A stretch of 64,000 nt of DNA, from positions 211,102 to 275,101 of IMG/VR virus record IMGVR_UViG_3300029258_002750. The stretch is one strand, 5' to 3'. Under the pieces are notes generated by a model. The model did no database searches. It saw only the letters and a program-made list of their open reading frames with translations, and was not told the DNA's origin. Below, one piece after another: positions 48,766-57,736 of this stretch; within the stretch, counting starts at the first letter, position 1, and each line of letters begins with the position of its first letter. The position numbers and the translations under genes were made by a program.

Positions 48766-49575
48766 ATGGTTATCAGCGTCAGCAAGTTCGGACTCGCTGC
48801 CGATGTTACCCAGAACGCGAGTGACATCTCCGACAACGCCTCCGACATCGGCACGCTTCAGACCGACGTCGGCAACAAGGCCGACCCCGTCGATGTGCAG
48901 GAGTTCACGAGCAACGGCACCTGGAACAAGCCTACCGTGGGCAGCATCGTTCTGATCCGCGCTTGGGGCGGCGGTGGCGGGGGCGGCGGTACCTCACCAG
49001 GTAGCGGGTCTGGAGGAGGCGGTGGAGGCTACGTCGAGCGCAGGATGAACCTCGGTGACATATCAGGCAACCAGACCGTGACCATTGGAGGAGGAGGGCC
49101 TGGAGGAGGGACTGGGGGGACTGGAGGGACGACCACATTCGGCGCGCACCTTTCGGCTTATGGCGGTGGAGGCGGCACGTGGTCTTCTGGAGCGCCTGGC
49201 CCGCAGGCGGTGGGAGGCGGCGGTGGCGCCCAGTTATCCGCCGGGGCGTCCGGCCCTTCTGGGGGAGCAGGCGGGAGCGTGGATGGCGGGGCCGGAGGTG
49301 CCGGTACTGGAGGAAACGGAGCCAACTCTGTGTTTGGCGGTGGTGGGGGCGGCGGCTTCCAGGACACGGTGGGCTCGGGCAGCGGCGGTAGCTCTGTTTG
49401 GGGCGGCGGTGGGGGAGGTGGTGGCTTACAGGGAGGTGGTTCCTCGGTGAACGGCGGCAATGGCGGCAGCGGTGGCGGCGGCAACGGCACCCAACCTGGC
49501 GGTGGTGGTGGTGGTGGCTCGACTTCCATCGGCTCTGGGGCCGCCGGTAAAGTCGTCGTCTACGTCTACGACTAG
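48766..49575 (+). CDS. Glycine-rich domain tail protein
   Basis: Short coil, then QEFTSNGTWNKP...WGGGGGG...PGGGGGG...GAAGKVVV. Confidence 0.8.
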   Translation: MVISVSKFGLAADVTQNASDISDNASDIGTLQTDVGNKADPVDVQEFTSNGTWNKPTVGSIVLIRAWGGGGGGGGTSPGSGSGGGGGGYVERRMNLGDISGNQTVTIGGGGPGGGTGGTGGTTTFGAHLSAYGGGGGTWSSGAPGPQAVGGGGGAQLSAGASGPSGGAGGSVDGGAGGAGTGGNGANSVFGGGGGGGFQDTVGSGSGGSSVWGGGGGGGGLQGGGSSVNGGNGGSGGGGNGTQPGGGGGGGSTSIGSGAAGKVVVYVYD

Positions 49576-49584
49576 GAGATTACC

Positions 49585-50019
49585 GTGAGCAACTACGCAA
49601 TAGTCCGTGATTCAGACGGCCTGATCGAGAACATCACGGTGTGGGATGGCGTGACCCCGTGGACTCCTCCGGCCGGAACTACGGCTGTCGAGTACACCGA
49701 CGAGGCTCGGATCGACGGCTGGTACAGCGACCCAGACTGGAATGGTCCGACGCCAGCTATCGACTCTATCGATCCGGCAACCGGGGGGACAGCGGGCGGC
49801 GACACGGTTACGATCCAGGGCTACAACCTCGACCTGGACGACGTCGAGGTGAAGTTCGACGGAGTCGCCGCCACAAACATCCAGAACCAGACCAAGACAA
49901 GCCTTCAGTGCGACACTCCGGCTCACGCCGCCGGAGCGGTCGACGTCACCATCGAGAACGGTGAGGGATCTTGGACCGGCAGGAGTACGCTGACTGACGG
50001 GTTCGAGTACGCCGCGTAG
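49585..50019 (+). CDS. IPT/TIG-domain protein with fibre-chaperone-like N-terminus
   Basis: YAIV....IENITVWDG; P.I.SI.P..G.TAGG..VTI.G.N ...C.TPAH.AG.VDV. Confidence 0.8.
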   Translation: MSNYAIVRDSDGLIENITVWDGVTPWTPPAGTTAVEYTDEARIDGWYSDPDWNGPTPAIDSIDPATGGTAGGDTVTIQGYNLDLDDVEVKFDGVAATNIQNQTKTSLQCDTPAHAAGAVDVTIENGEGSWTGRSTLTDGFEYAA

Positions 50020-50028
50020 GAGAGTCAC

Positions 50029-51222
50029 ATGGCAATCAGACTAGGCGGGTTCGCAACCTCGACCGAACTCGATGACGGGGTGAGCGCGGCTAAGGGTCCG
50101 ACGTTCGGGGACGGCAGTCTCGGAGACGTGAGCATCGTCGCCGACGCGAACGCTGACGGGCGCAAGGACTACCGGAGCCTCACGATCTCGTCCAGCGCGA
50201 AGCTGATCGCCACGGCTCGCCGCAAGCTCGTAGTCCTCGTGCAGGAAGATTGCGACATTGGTGCGGGCTGCGCAATCACGGCGGATGGTCGAGGAACAGC
50301 CGGAGCCGCTGGAACGGCTGGCGCCGCCGGGCGGCAGTACACGGGTGGATCGACGGGAGGTGGATCCAAAGCCGCTGACGCTACGGACGGGAGCGACGGG
50401 ATCGGGTGCATCTCCGCTGGTGGTGCTGGTGGTGGAGGTGGCTGCGGGGTGATCGGAGGTACTCCTTCAGCGCAGGGTGGAGGAGATGGTGGAGACGGTT
50501 CCAATCGAAGCTCGAACCTGGACGGCGCCGGTCTTGCTGCTGGTGGTACTGGAGCAACCGCCTCCAAAGGAACCGGCGGAAGCGGCACCGCTGTCGTAGC
50601 ACTGGATTCGACCTGGGCCGCGCGCCTGGCCGACGACCGAGGCGACTCGCTCGGTCTGCTGTTCGGCGGAGGCGGAGGCGGGGGCGGAGCAGGAGGAGGT
50701 GGTGCGCTACAAGGTGGGACTACACCTATCGGCACTGTGGGGCCGGGAGGCATTGCCGGATCCCCTGGTGCGCAGACCGTATCTGATCTCGGTGATGGTG
50801 GCGATGGCGGTGATGCTCCCTATGGTGGTGGCTCCTACGGAGGCGGAGGCGGCGGAGGAGCTTCTGGCGCTGGAGGTGGCGAGCTTGACGTGTTTGTCGG
50901 CGGAACCCTCGACATCAATGCCACAGGTCGGATCTCTGCGGACGGCGCGAGCGGAGGCGACGGAGGCGACGGCGACGGCGCTGGTGGCAGCGGTTACGGC
51001 GGTGGTGGCGGCGGCAGCGGGGGTGGTGGCGGAGGGGGAGTCCTTCGCGTCGTCTACGATACGGCAGGAACGAATGTAGACGCTTCGCATATCCACGCTA
51101 ACGGCGGTTCTGGGGGCATAGCCGGAGCAGGCGGCGACGGATTCAGCAGCAACGACGGCGGACCTGGAGGCACCGGGGCCACGGGCGAAGACGGTATCTG
51201 CATCTTCTACGCGACCGGCTAG
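50029..51222 (+). CDS. Glycine-rich adhesin-like protein (paralog of 47591)
   Basis: FGDGSLGDV, ITADGRG, GRISADG, poly-Gly. Confidence 0.7.
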   Translation: MAIRLGGFATSTELDDGVSAAKGPTFGDGSLGDVSIVADANADGRKDYRSLTISSSAKLIATARRKLVVLVQEDCDIGAGCAITADGRGTAGAAGTAGAAGRQYTGGSTGGGSKAADATDGSDGIGCISAGGAGGGGGCGVIGGTPSAQGGGDGGDGSNRSSNLDGAGLAAGGTGATASKGTGGSGTAVVALDSTWAARLADDRGDSLGLLFGGGGGGGGAGGGGALQGGTTPIGTVGPGGIAGSPGAQTVSDLGDGGDGGDAPYGGGSYGGGGGGGASGAGGGELDVFVGGTLDINATGRISADGASGGDGGDGDGAGGSGYGGGGGGSGGGGGGGVLRVVYDTAGTNVDASHIHANGGSGGIAGAGGDGFSSNDGGPGGTGATGEDGICIFYATG

Positions 51223-51269
51223 GGCAGCTTCGTCGATAGTCAGAATAGAATCAGCTTCAGGAGAGAGAC

Positions 51270-52385
51270 ATGGCAGTCGATCAGATTCAGCTTTCGTGCC
51301 CCTACGGATGCGGCGTTCTGTTCACGGTTAACCGACCGGCCCACATCACGAGCGAGCAGTTCTGCCAGGCGTGGAAGGACGACGCGAACGGCCCAGGGCC
51401 TCACAAGTTCACGTGCGCGACCTGCGGCGGCGAGGCGGTGGTCCACGACGACGGCACACCGGCCGCGAGCGATGGCAACATCGACTTCACGAACGTGAGC
51501 AAGCCGCGTGTTGATTCGCTCGGCGCCACCAAGAGCGGTGGGACAGCTGGCGGAACCTCGATCGAGCTGACGGGCCACGCGTTCGATGTCGAGACGCCGA
51601 CCGTCAAGGTCGATGGGGTTGCGGCTACGAGCGTGAGCGTGGGCAGCGCGACTTCGCTGACGTGCGACACGCCAGCTGGTAAGGTCCGGCTCCTCGTGGC
51701 CGAGATGCACATGAAGCTGGCGCACGGTACCGTGACCGGCGGCCCGTTTCAGGTGGGGGAGACCGTCACTGGCGGGACCAGCTCAGCGACAGGCGTGGTC
51801 ACCCAGGTTGAGGCGGCCTACCTGATGATCAAGACGGTGACCGGCGACTTCCAGAACGGGGAGACGATCACCGGCGGGACCTCGAGCGCATCGGCCGCTC
51901 TCAACGCCGATCCGACCGTGCCCACCTTCTCCGACAGCGAGACGATCACAGGCCAGACCTCCTCGAACACAGCGACGGTTCAGGAGGCGGCCACAATGAA
52001 GTGCGACACGTTCTCCGGGAACATGACCAATGGCGAGGAGATCCTCGGCGGCACTTCGGCTGCGCGAGCGACGCTGGCGTCGAGCGACTGCATGAACGGT
52101 TTCGTGACCGTCTCGATCGAGAACGCCAACGGCCAGCGGGACTCGAAGGTCAACCACGGTACCGTGACTGGCGGTCCATTCCAACGGAAGGAGATCATCA
52201 CAGGCGGCACGAGCGGCGCGACCGCGAAGATCAGCCTCGTCGGCGATGGCTTCTTGAAGGTGAGCCAGGTCAGCGGTCAGTTCACCGCATCCGAGACGCT
52301 CACCGGGGGCACCTCCGGTGCAACCGCAGAGTACATGAGCATCCACGCGGGCGAGCTGGTGGCGGCTTTCGAGTACACCACGTAG
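51270..52385 (+). CDS. Zn-ribbon plus IPT/TIG domain interrupted by F..GET.TGGTS.A.A repeats
   Basis: CPYGC/CATC; SGGTAGGT.I..TG..CDTPAG; about six repeats; ends AFEYTT. Confidence 0.7.
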   Translation: MAVDQIQLSCPYGCGVLFTVNRPAHITSEQFCQAWKDDANGPGPHKFTCATCGGEAVVHDDGTPAASDGNIDFTNVSKPRVDSLGATKSGGTAGGTSIELTGHAFDVETPTVKVDGVAATSVSVGSATSLTCDTPAGKVRLLVAEMHMKLAHGTVTGGPFQVGETVTGGTSSATGVVTQVEAAYLMIKTVTGDFQNGETITGGTSSASAALNADPTVPTFSDSETITGQTSSNTATVQEAATMKCDTFSGNMTNGEEILGGTSAARATLASSDCMNGFVTVSIENANGQRDSKVNHGTVTGGPFQRKEIITGGTSGATAKISLVGDGFLKVSQVSGQFTASETLTGGTSGATAEYMSIHAGELVAAFEYTT

Positions 52386-52433
52386 AGTCCACTAGAACCC
52401 TCGGAAGACCCAGGAAGACCAGTTCTTATCGGC

Positions 52434-52462
52434 TTGACCCCCCAACTCGACGGACCTAGAAT
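52434..52462 (+). promoter_or_regulatory. Sigma70-type promoter
   Basis: TTGACC-N17-TAGAAT, 40 nt upstream of the ATG52503 that follows AAGGAG. Confidence 0.7.
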
Positions 52463-52502
52463 GTCACCCTGACGTAGAGGTTCCGTCTCCAAGGAGCAAG
52501 AG

Positions 52503-53075
52503 ATGACCGTTACCAGGATTCAGGCAACGAAGGTCGTCACGCAGACCTTCCCGAACACCACGCTGACGTCGTTCGACATTCCGCGTCCGCAGACGACCAC
52601 GCCCGCGCAGGTTCCCTACGCGGAGGGGTCCGATCACGTGGTCGAGCCGCCCGCGCGGGACGACTTCAGCGCCGGGCACTGCACCGTCGAGCTGCCCGCC
52701 ACGCTGAAGCTCGCGAACGTCTACTGCCGGACTGTCGAGATCCGCAAGATCCTCCCTCCCGCGCAGAAGGGCGTGCAGGGTCCGGCCACCGCCTACTATC
52801 CCACGGGCGCCCCGACCGACACCGGCCACGTGCGCTTCATCGTCAACGAGACGACCGACGTGCTTCCGACCGCCAGCGACGCGTTCCTCGACCTGATGGG
52901 CGAGCCGCACGCGACGGTCTCGACCACCGTGCGGAGCTTCCCGGGCATCACCCTCCGCGAGGGCGAGTTCATCCGGATGAGCCTCTACAACAACAGCGGT
53001 GGTGCCCTGACCGACCAGGTCATCACGGCCAACTACAAGTTCGGCCTCAACCAGCAGGACACCGGCAGGCCGTAG
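52503..53075 (+). CDS. Hypothetical beta-rich protein
   Basis: Strong RBS and strongly C/G-ending codons. Confidence 0.75.
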   Translation: MTVTRIQATKVVTQTFPNTTLTSFDIPRPQTTTPAQVPYAEGSDHVVEPPARDDFSAGHCTVELPATLKLANVYCRTVEIRKILPPAQKGVQGPATAYYPTGAPTDTGHVRFIVNETTDVLPTASDAFLDLMGEPHATVSTTVRSFPGITLREGEFIRMSLYNNSGGALTDQVITANYKFGLNQQDTGRP

Positions 53076-53142
53076 GCCAGTCGGGCTGAACCTCCACGCC
53101 TAAAGCGTCAAACCAGACAAAGAGATCATCGAGGAGAGAATC

Positions 53143-53601
53143 ATGCTCGGCGAAGCCCCGATCGTTGCCGATGTCGTCCTCACGGGCATCACGGCCTTCA
53201 ACTACACCACCGGCGCGAGCCTCATCGCATCGCTCAAGTTCACCGTCGAGGAAGACGAGATGCTCATCGACCTCAAGGCGTTCCTCACGCTGTCGCACAG
53301 CGCGGTGGACGGCGTGATCGACGCGACGTTCTTCATGGACGGCACCGACATGGCCCCGCTCGCGGACGGCCTCGTGCGGAAGTCGATGCCTTCGGTCGCC
53401 GACCAGGAGGACGCGCTCGTTCTCGAGCGCACCGTCCGCCTGGCGAAGGGCGAGCACCAGCTCCAGCTCCACATGAAGACCGGCGCCGGAAACATCACTG
53501 TCGAGGGCGCGACCTGGAACGGCTGGCTGACCGCCCGTCGTCACAGCCACGACGCCACGTCGGCGGCCAACGCCAACGCGAAGGTCCAGGGCATCTACTA
53601 G
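53143..53601 (+). CDS. Hypothetical beta-sandwich protein
   Basis: RBS GAGGAG; strong codon bias. Confidence 0.75.
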   Translation: MLGEAPIVADVVLTGITAFNYTTGASLIASLKFTVEEDEMLIDLKAFLTLSHSAVDGVIDATFFMDGTDMAPLADGLVRKSMPSVADQEDALVLERTVRLAKGEHQLQLHMKTGAGNITVEGATWNGWLTARRHSHDATSAANANAKVQGIY

Positions 53602-53622
53602 GGCTAACCGCCCAACCGATCC

Positions 53623-53668
53623 GACGAAACGAGGGCGCTCGCTCGTGCGGGCTGCCCTCGCTTTCGTC
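53623..53668. terminator. Long hairpin between convergent transcription units
   Basis: GACGAAA-CGAGGGC-GCTCGC...GCGGGC-GCCCTCG-TTTCGTC. Confidence 0.65.
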
Positions 53669-53683
53669 TGGTGACCGGGTGCC

Positions 53684-54247
53684 CTACAAATCGCCGGGCT
53701 CGACCATCTGCCCCTGCTCGCGCTTGAGGCGGCGGATGGTCGCGCGGCGGCTGTTGACCTTCTTGCGCCACCGCTGTGCGAACCGCTCGGCGTGCTCGAG
53801 CTTGGCCTCCCACTCGGCGAGCTTGGCCTGCTCGGCCGCGAGCTTCTTCTGGTGGTACTCGATTCCCGTGGGACGCTCCTGCTTCGGCTCCTGCCGCTTG
53901 AAGCGCACGCTGCGGCCGACCGCCCAGTCGGGAAGCTCGTCGAACCACGTCTGGCTACCGTAGACGAACCAGGCGATGATCGAGCACACGTCGAGGAACG
54001 CCCCGGGCGGCATCGTAGGCTCGTCAGCGCTGACCCCGGCCAACGCGTCGATCGCGTTGTCGTGCAGACGCTCGGGTCGCATCAGCTTGAGCGTGTTCCG
54101 AACTCCGGCCGCCGCTTGTCTGCGCAGTGGCGCGTGAACCACGGTGATGGTCCGGTTCCCGAGCGTGATTCCGCGCTCTCGGGCGCAGGCGAGCAGGAGA
54201 CCTCGGATGTCGCGGCCGTTGTAGCGCGTCTCGTTCTTGAGTTTCAC
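53684..54247 (-). CDS. Hypothetical protein with C-terminal coiled coil (paralog of 54244)
   Basis: MKLKNETRYNGRDIR; RPERL..NAIDALAGV...MP. Confidence 0.75.
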   Translation of the reverse strand: MKLKNETRYNGRDIRGLLLACARERGITLGNRTITVVHAPLRRQAAAGVRNTLKLMRPERLHDNAIDALAGVSADEPTMPPGAFLDVCSIIAWFVYGSQTWFDELPDWAVGRSVRFKRQEPKQERPTGIEYHQKKLAAEQAKLAEWEAKLEHAERFAQRWRKKVNSRRATIRRLKREQGQMVEPGDL

Positions 54248-54825
54248 GACGGATTCTCCTGCGCGGCGAGCTTCGCCCTGATCGCGTCGATCTTTCGCTG
54301 CTGGAGGCCGACCTCGGACCGCCAGCTCGCGTTGATCCGGTCCATCTCCTTCTCGGCGGCCTCGAGCTGCCGACGGAGCCAGGCGGGCGACCGTCGGTGC
54401 CTGGTGCGCGATGCCCGGACCTGGATCTCGTCCAGCTCGGGCGGCGGCGGTTTGTCCTTGGCTGCCCAGCTGGTCCAGCCGTCCTGGTAGGACCGGCCGC
54501 GCACCAGCGCGAGTCCGCCCAGGAAGACGTGCTCGACCATCTCGCGCGGCATCCGACCGAGCGCCCCGTCCATGACGCTCGCGAGCGCGTCCACGACCTC
54601 CAGGTCCACCCGGCCGGGCCGACGGAGACGGAGGATGGCCGATCGCGTGTTGGGGTCGAAGCTGGCCGAGACGAGCCCCGACCGGGCCGTGTAGTGGCGG
54701 GCCACGATCGGGGTGTCCACGCGGACGCCGACCTTCTCTCCCTTGTCGTTGACCACCGAGAGCGCCAGGTCCATGACCCGGCGCAGATCCTCGGTGTTCC
54801 AGCTCGTCAAGTTCTCGAAGATCAA
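54244..54825 (-). CDS. Hypothetical protein (paralog of 53684)
   Basis: TTG start: MIFENLTSWNTEDLR; RPGRV..EVVDALASV...MP; C-terminal coil. Confidence 0.7.
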   Translation of the reverse strand: MIFENLTSWNTEDLRRVMDLALSVVNDKGEKVGVRVDTPIVARHYTARSGLVSASFDPNTRSAILRLRRPGRVDLEVVDALASVMDGALGRMPREMVEHVFLGGLALVRGRSYQDGWTSWAAKDKPPPPELDEIQVRASRTRHRRSPAWLRRQLEAAEKEMDRINASWRSEVGLQQRKIDAIRAKLAAQENPS

Positions 54826-54829
54826 GGGC

Positions 54830-55504
54830 TTACGCCTCGTCGACCTTGAGGTTTCGGAACAGGTCGGCGAGGAGGTAGGCGGCCCGCTTCTGGACCGGGG
54901 GCGCGGCCGGAGCGACCGGCTCCGGCTTGGACAGCTCCACGGCCTGCGGGGCCTTCTGGGGGGCCTTCTCGACCGGCTTGACCTCCGGGGCCTCGACCAC
55001 CTCTTCAGGCTCCTGGTGGGCCTCCACTGGCTCCTGGGAGGCCACCTGGTCGTCGGCCGTGGTCTGAACAACCTGGATCTGACCTTCGGTGACCAGATCG
55101 CGCAGGGCCGACTCGACGATCTCGGTCGGCGCACCTGCCGGAGCCTGCGCCAGCATGTCCTGAAGGACCGCCTGGTCGTCGTCCGTTCCGCCCAGGATCG
55201 CCTCGATCTGCTCGCCCAGGTCGGGTTCGGTCGCCGGAGCCTCGGTCGCCGGGTACACGGCCCGGATCTCGCCGACCAGGCGGTCGATCGCCTTGCCGCG
55301 CTTGGCGGTTGTCTCGGCAGCCTCCGCGAGCGCCGACAGGGCGCCCACGAGTTCCTCGGCGTGGAACGCGTCGTCGTCGGGAAGGTCCCAGCGGACCTGG
55401 GTCTTCCAGCGCTTCTCGTGATCGTGCAGCCAGTCGGCCAGGTCGGCGCTGACCTGCTCCATGATCGCGTCGTAGAACTTGTAGCTCGTCAAGAGCAGCT
55501 TCAC
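54830..55504 (-). CDS. Acidic Pro/Glu-rich hypothetical protein
   Basis: GTG start 7 nt after GGAGAG. Confidence 0.75.
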   Translation of the reverse strand: MKLLLTSYKFYDAIMEQVSADLADWLHDHEKRWKTQVRWDLPDDDAFHAEELVGALSALAEAAETTAKRGKAIDRLVGEIRAVYPATEAPATEPDLGEQIEAILGGTDDDQAVLQDMLAQAPAGAPTEIVESALRDLVTEGQIQVVQTTADDQVASQEPVEAHQEPEEVVEAPEVKPVEKAPQKAPQAVELSKPEPVAPAAPPVQKRAAYLLADLFRNLKVDEA

Positions 55505-55569
55505 TGGACATCTCTCCTGGGGTAGGTTCTACCCCGCCTTCTCGGGTTGGTAGGTACGTTGACTCTCGT

Positions 55570-55607
55570 GCTGGGACCCGCCTCCCTCTCGGGAAGCGAG
55601 CCCCAGC
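55570..55607 (-). other. 17-bp RNA hairpin with GNRA tetraloop
   Basis: Minus strand GCUGGGGCUCGCUUCCC-GAGA-GGGAGGCGGGUCCCAGC; three G-U pairs that form only on this strand. Confidence 0.7.
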
Positions 55608-55626
55608 GTGTTCCTTGCGTGGCGGT

Positions 55627-56499
55627 TCACGCCGTGTCCTTCTTGGGCGTGCGCAGGTCGTCGAGCGTGAGCAGCTCGGCGATCTCGCCGTTCTCGACCT
55701 TGACGCGCGCCTTCAGCCACTCGTAGACCTCAGCGGCCGTCATCTTGGAGAGCTTCACGGCGGTCGCGAGCAGGACAGCGGTCGGGTCTTCCTCGGGCTC
55801 CTCGGCGGGCGCGGCAGCCTCGAACTGCTTCGTGAGCACCTTCTCTACGGCTCCGGCCACGTCGAGCCCCTCGGGCTCCTTGACCGTCTCCTTCTTGGCG
55901 GGCGCGGGCTCGCCCTCGACGGGCGAGAGCGCGGCGAGCTTCTCGACCACGCTGGGCGAGACCTTCTTCATCGCGATCCCCATCATCTTCGCGCAGTCGG
56001 GGCCGAAGCCGGTCGCGATCGAGCTGGGAACGGTCAGGGCCGCGCAGCAGCGCGCGCAGAAGCCCCGATGCCAGAACTTGATCTTGTGGGAGGCTTCGAC
56101 ACCATCCACGAGCCACTTGGTCGTATCGCCGATCAGGTTGATGTTCTCGGCAGTCGCGGCGGCCTTCTTGGTGCCCTTCGTGGTGCGGAACCGGCGGACG
56201 CCGTGCACGTCGTCGATCACGCCGATGTAGGAGTAGCGCCGCCCGTCGCCCGAGCCGTGCAACACGTGGACGAACCAGCGGTCCTTCTCGACCTCCTTGA
56301 CGGTGCCGTCCGGCTGCTTCTCGTCGTCCGTGGCGCGAGAAACGAAGTAGGTGTGCCGCTTGGTGGTCGCGACGTCAACGAGCGTCACGACGGCCCGCCC
56401 AGCGAGCAGGTAGTCGAGGCACAGGTGCCAGGGCACCTGAATGCCGTCCGAGAGATCCTTCTTTGCGAGCGTCTTCTTGCTGACCTTCTTGAGTCCCAC
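55627..56499 (-). CDS. DUF6011-like zinc-finger protein
   Basis: WHRGFCARCCAALTVPSSIATGFGPDCA; LAGRAVVTL....RHTY. Confidence 0.8.
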   Translation of the reverse strand: MGLKKVSKKTLAKKDLSDGIQVPWHLCLDYLLAGRAVVTLVDVATTKRHTYFVSRATDDEKQPDGTVKEVEKDRWFVHVLHGSGDGRRYSYIGVIDDVHGVRRFRTTKGTKKAAATAENINLIGDTTKWLVDGVEASHKIKFWHRGFCARCCAALTVPSSIATGFGPDCAKMMGIAMKKVSPSVVEKLAALSPVEGEPAPAKKETVKEPEGLDVAGAVEKVLTKQFEAAAPAEEPEEDPTAVLLATAVKLSKMTAAEVYEWLKARVKVENGEIAELLTLDDLRTPKKDTA

Positions 56500-56502
56500 T
56501 GA

Positions 56503-56671
56503 ACTCCTCCTTCACTCCTCCCAACAACACCGCGCTCAGTTCTCACGGAAGAATCCGATGTTGCTGCGCCACCAGGGGTTATACCCAGGCCCTCCGACAG
56601 CATCGGGCCGCCCCTGGGTAGAACCTTGTGAGAAAGGGACCTGCGGTTGTTGGGAGGGATGGAGGTTGAAG
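56503..56671. promoter_or_regulatory. Divergent control region with an inverted promoter/leader cassette
   Basis: CCTGGGTA(G/T)AACC, GTGAGAA, GTTGTTGGGAGG and GGAGG in the same order on both strands. Confidence 0.7.
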
Positions 56672-57736
56672 ATGATGACACCCGATCGAAGCAAGGCAGT
56701 GATCTACGGACTCGCGTGCGGCGACGCGCTCGGCGCGCCGACCGAGTTCATGGGGATGGAGGGGATCCGCCGCCGGTTTGGCCAGGCAGGGATCCGCAAC
56801 CTGGTTCAGACGAACGGCCGCTTCACGGACGACACGTGCATGACAATCGCCATCGCCGAGGGGCTCCTTGACGCGGCGGCCAGCATCAAGCATGAGCGCG
56901 CGGCAGCCGAGCTGCTCGGTCATCCGGTCTGCACGGCCGACATGGCCGACCCCCACTTCGTGATGCCAGTCGTGGTCAAGCACCTCATCAGGTGGCTGCG
57001 ATCCGACCAGTCGGGCCGCGCGCCCGGGAACACGTGCATGGGCGGGTGCCGGAACCTAGAGAACGGCGCCCACTGGCTCGAGAGCGGCATCAAGCACTCG
57101 AAGGGCTGCGGCGGAGTGATGCGAACCGCGCCGGTCGGCCTGGTCTACGATGAGCCCGAGACGATCATGGAGATCGCGAAGGCCCAGGCGATCTGCACGC
57201 ACGGCCACCCGTCAGCGTGGCAGGCCGCGCAGCTGGGGGCGCTCGCGGTTCATATGCTCGCCCGGGGGAAGGTGACCGGCGGCGACATTACCGCCGAGTT
57301 CTTGCTCCCCGACCTGATGGAGACGTGCGGCTGGGAGCTGGGCGAGTACGACCCGAAGCTCCTCAGCCTCCTCGATCGCGTGCCGCGCGCTCTCAAGGCG
57401 ACGCTCGCCGGTGAGATCACCCCCGAGCGTGTGATGGTCAACTATGGGGCACACGACCTCGCGCTCGGCGAGAGCTGGCACGGTGACGAGGCGCTGGCCA
57501 GTTCGCTCTACTGCTTCCTGCTCGCCCACGCTCGTGGCGAGGGATACGTCGAGACCGTGCGCTACGGCGCCAACACGGTCGGCGACTCGGACTCGATCGG
57601 CTGCATTTCCGGCGCATTCGCGGGAGCCTACTGGGGCCTCGGCGGCCAGAAGGGCGTGCCCGCCGACTGGATCGAGCGAATCGAGGACAGCTCCTACCTC
57701 GCCAACCTGGCCGAGCGGCTCGTGGAGGCAGCGTGA
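56672..57736 (+). CDS. ADP-ribosylglycohydrolase (ARH/DraG family)
   Basis: GDALG, FTDDT, GCGGVMR, THGHP, GDSDSIG; ATG after GGAGG. Confidence 0.92.
   Translation: MMTPDRSKAVIYGLACGDALGAPTEFMGMEGIRRRFGQAGIRNLVQTNGRFTDDTCMTIAIAEGLLDAAASIKHERAAAELLGHPVCTADMADPHFVMPVVVKHLIRWLRSDQSGRAPGNTCMGGCRNLENGAHWLESGIKHSKGCGGVMRTAPVGLVYDEPETIMEIAKAQAICTHGHPSAWQAAQLGALAVHMLARGKVTGGDITAEFLLPDLMETCGWELGEYDPKLLSLLDRVPRALKATLAGEITPERVMVNYGAHDLALGESWHGDEALASSLYCFLLAHARGEGYVETVRYGANTVGDSDSIGCISGAFAGAYWGLGGQKGVPADWIERIEDSSYLANLAERLVEAA

Noticed and set aside
12802-50029. TAG read-through or recoding fusing neighbouring genes
   Set aside because: Only about a third of TAG junctions are in frame, as expected by chance; no internal TAG interrupts a recognisable domain
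15300-52385. Diversity-generating retroelement or shufflon acting on fibre genes
   Set aside because: No reverse transcriptase, recombinase, adenine-specific repeat pair or inverted cassettes seen; paralogs are diverged at all positions
56556-56620. Ribozyme or riboswitch pseudoknot in the divergent region
   Set aside because: Pairings are possible but no known catalytic or aptamer consensus was recognised; inverted promoter boxes explain most of the symmetry
56441-56671. Upstream start for the ADP-ribosylglycohydrolase
   Set aside because: Would overlap the divergent gene and control region; ATG56672 has a good RBS and matches the family N-terminus
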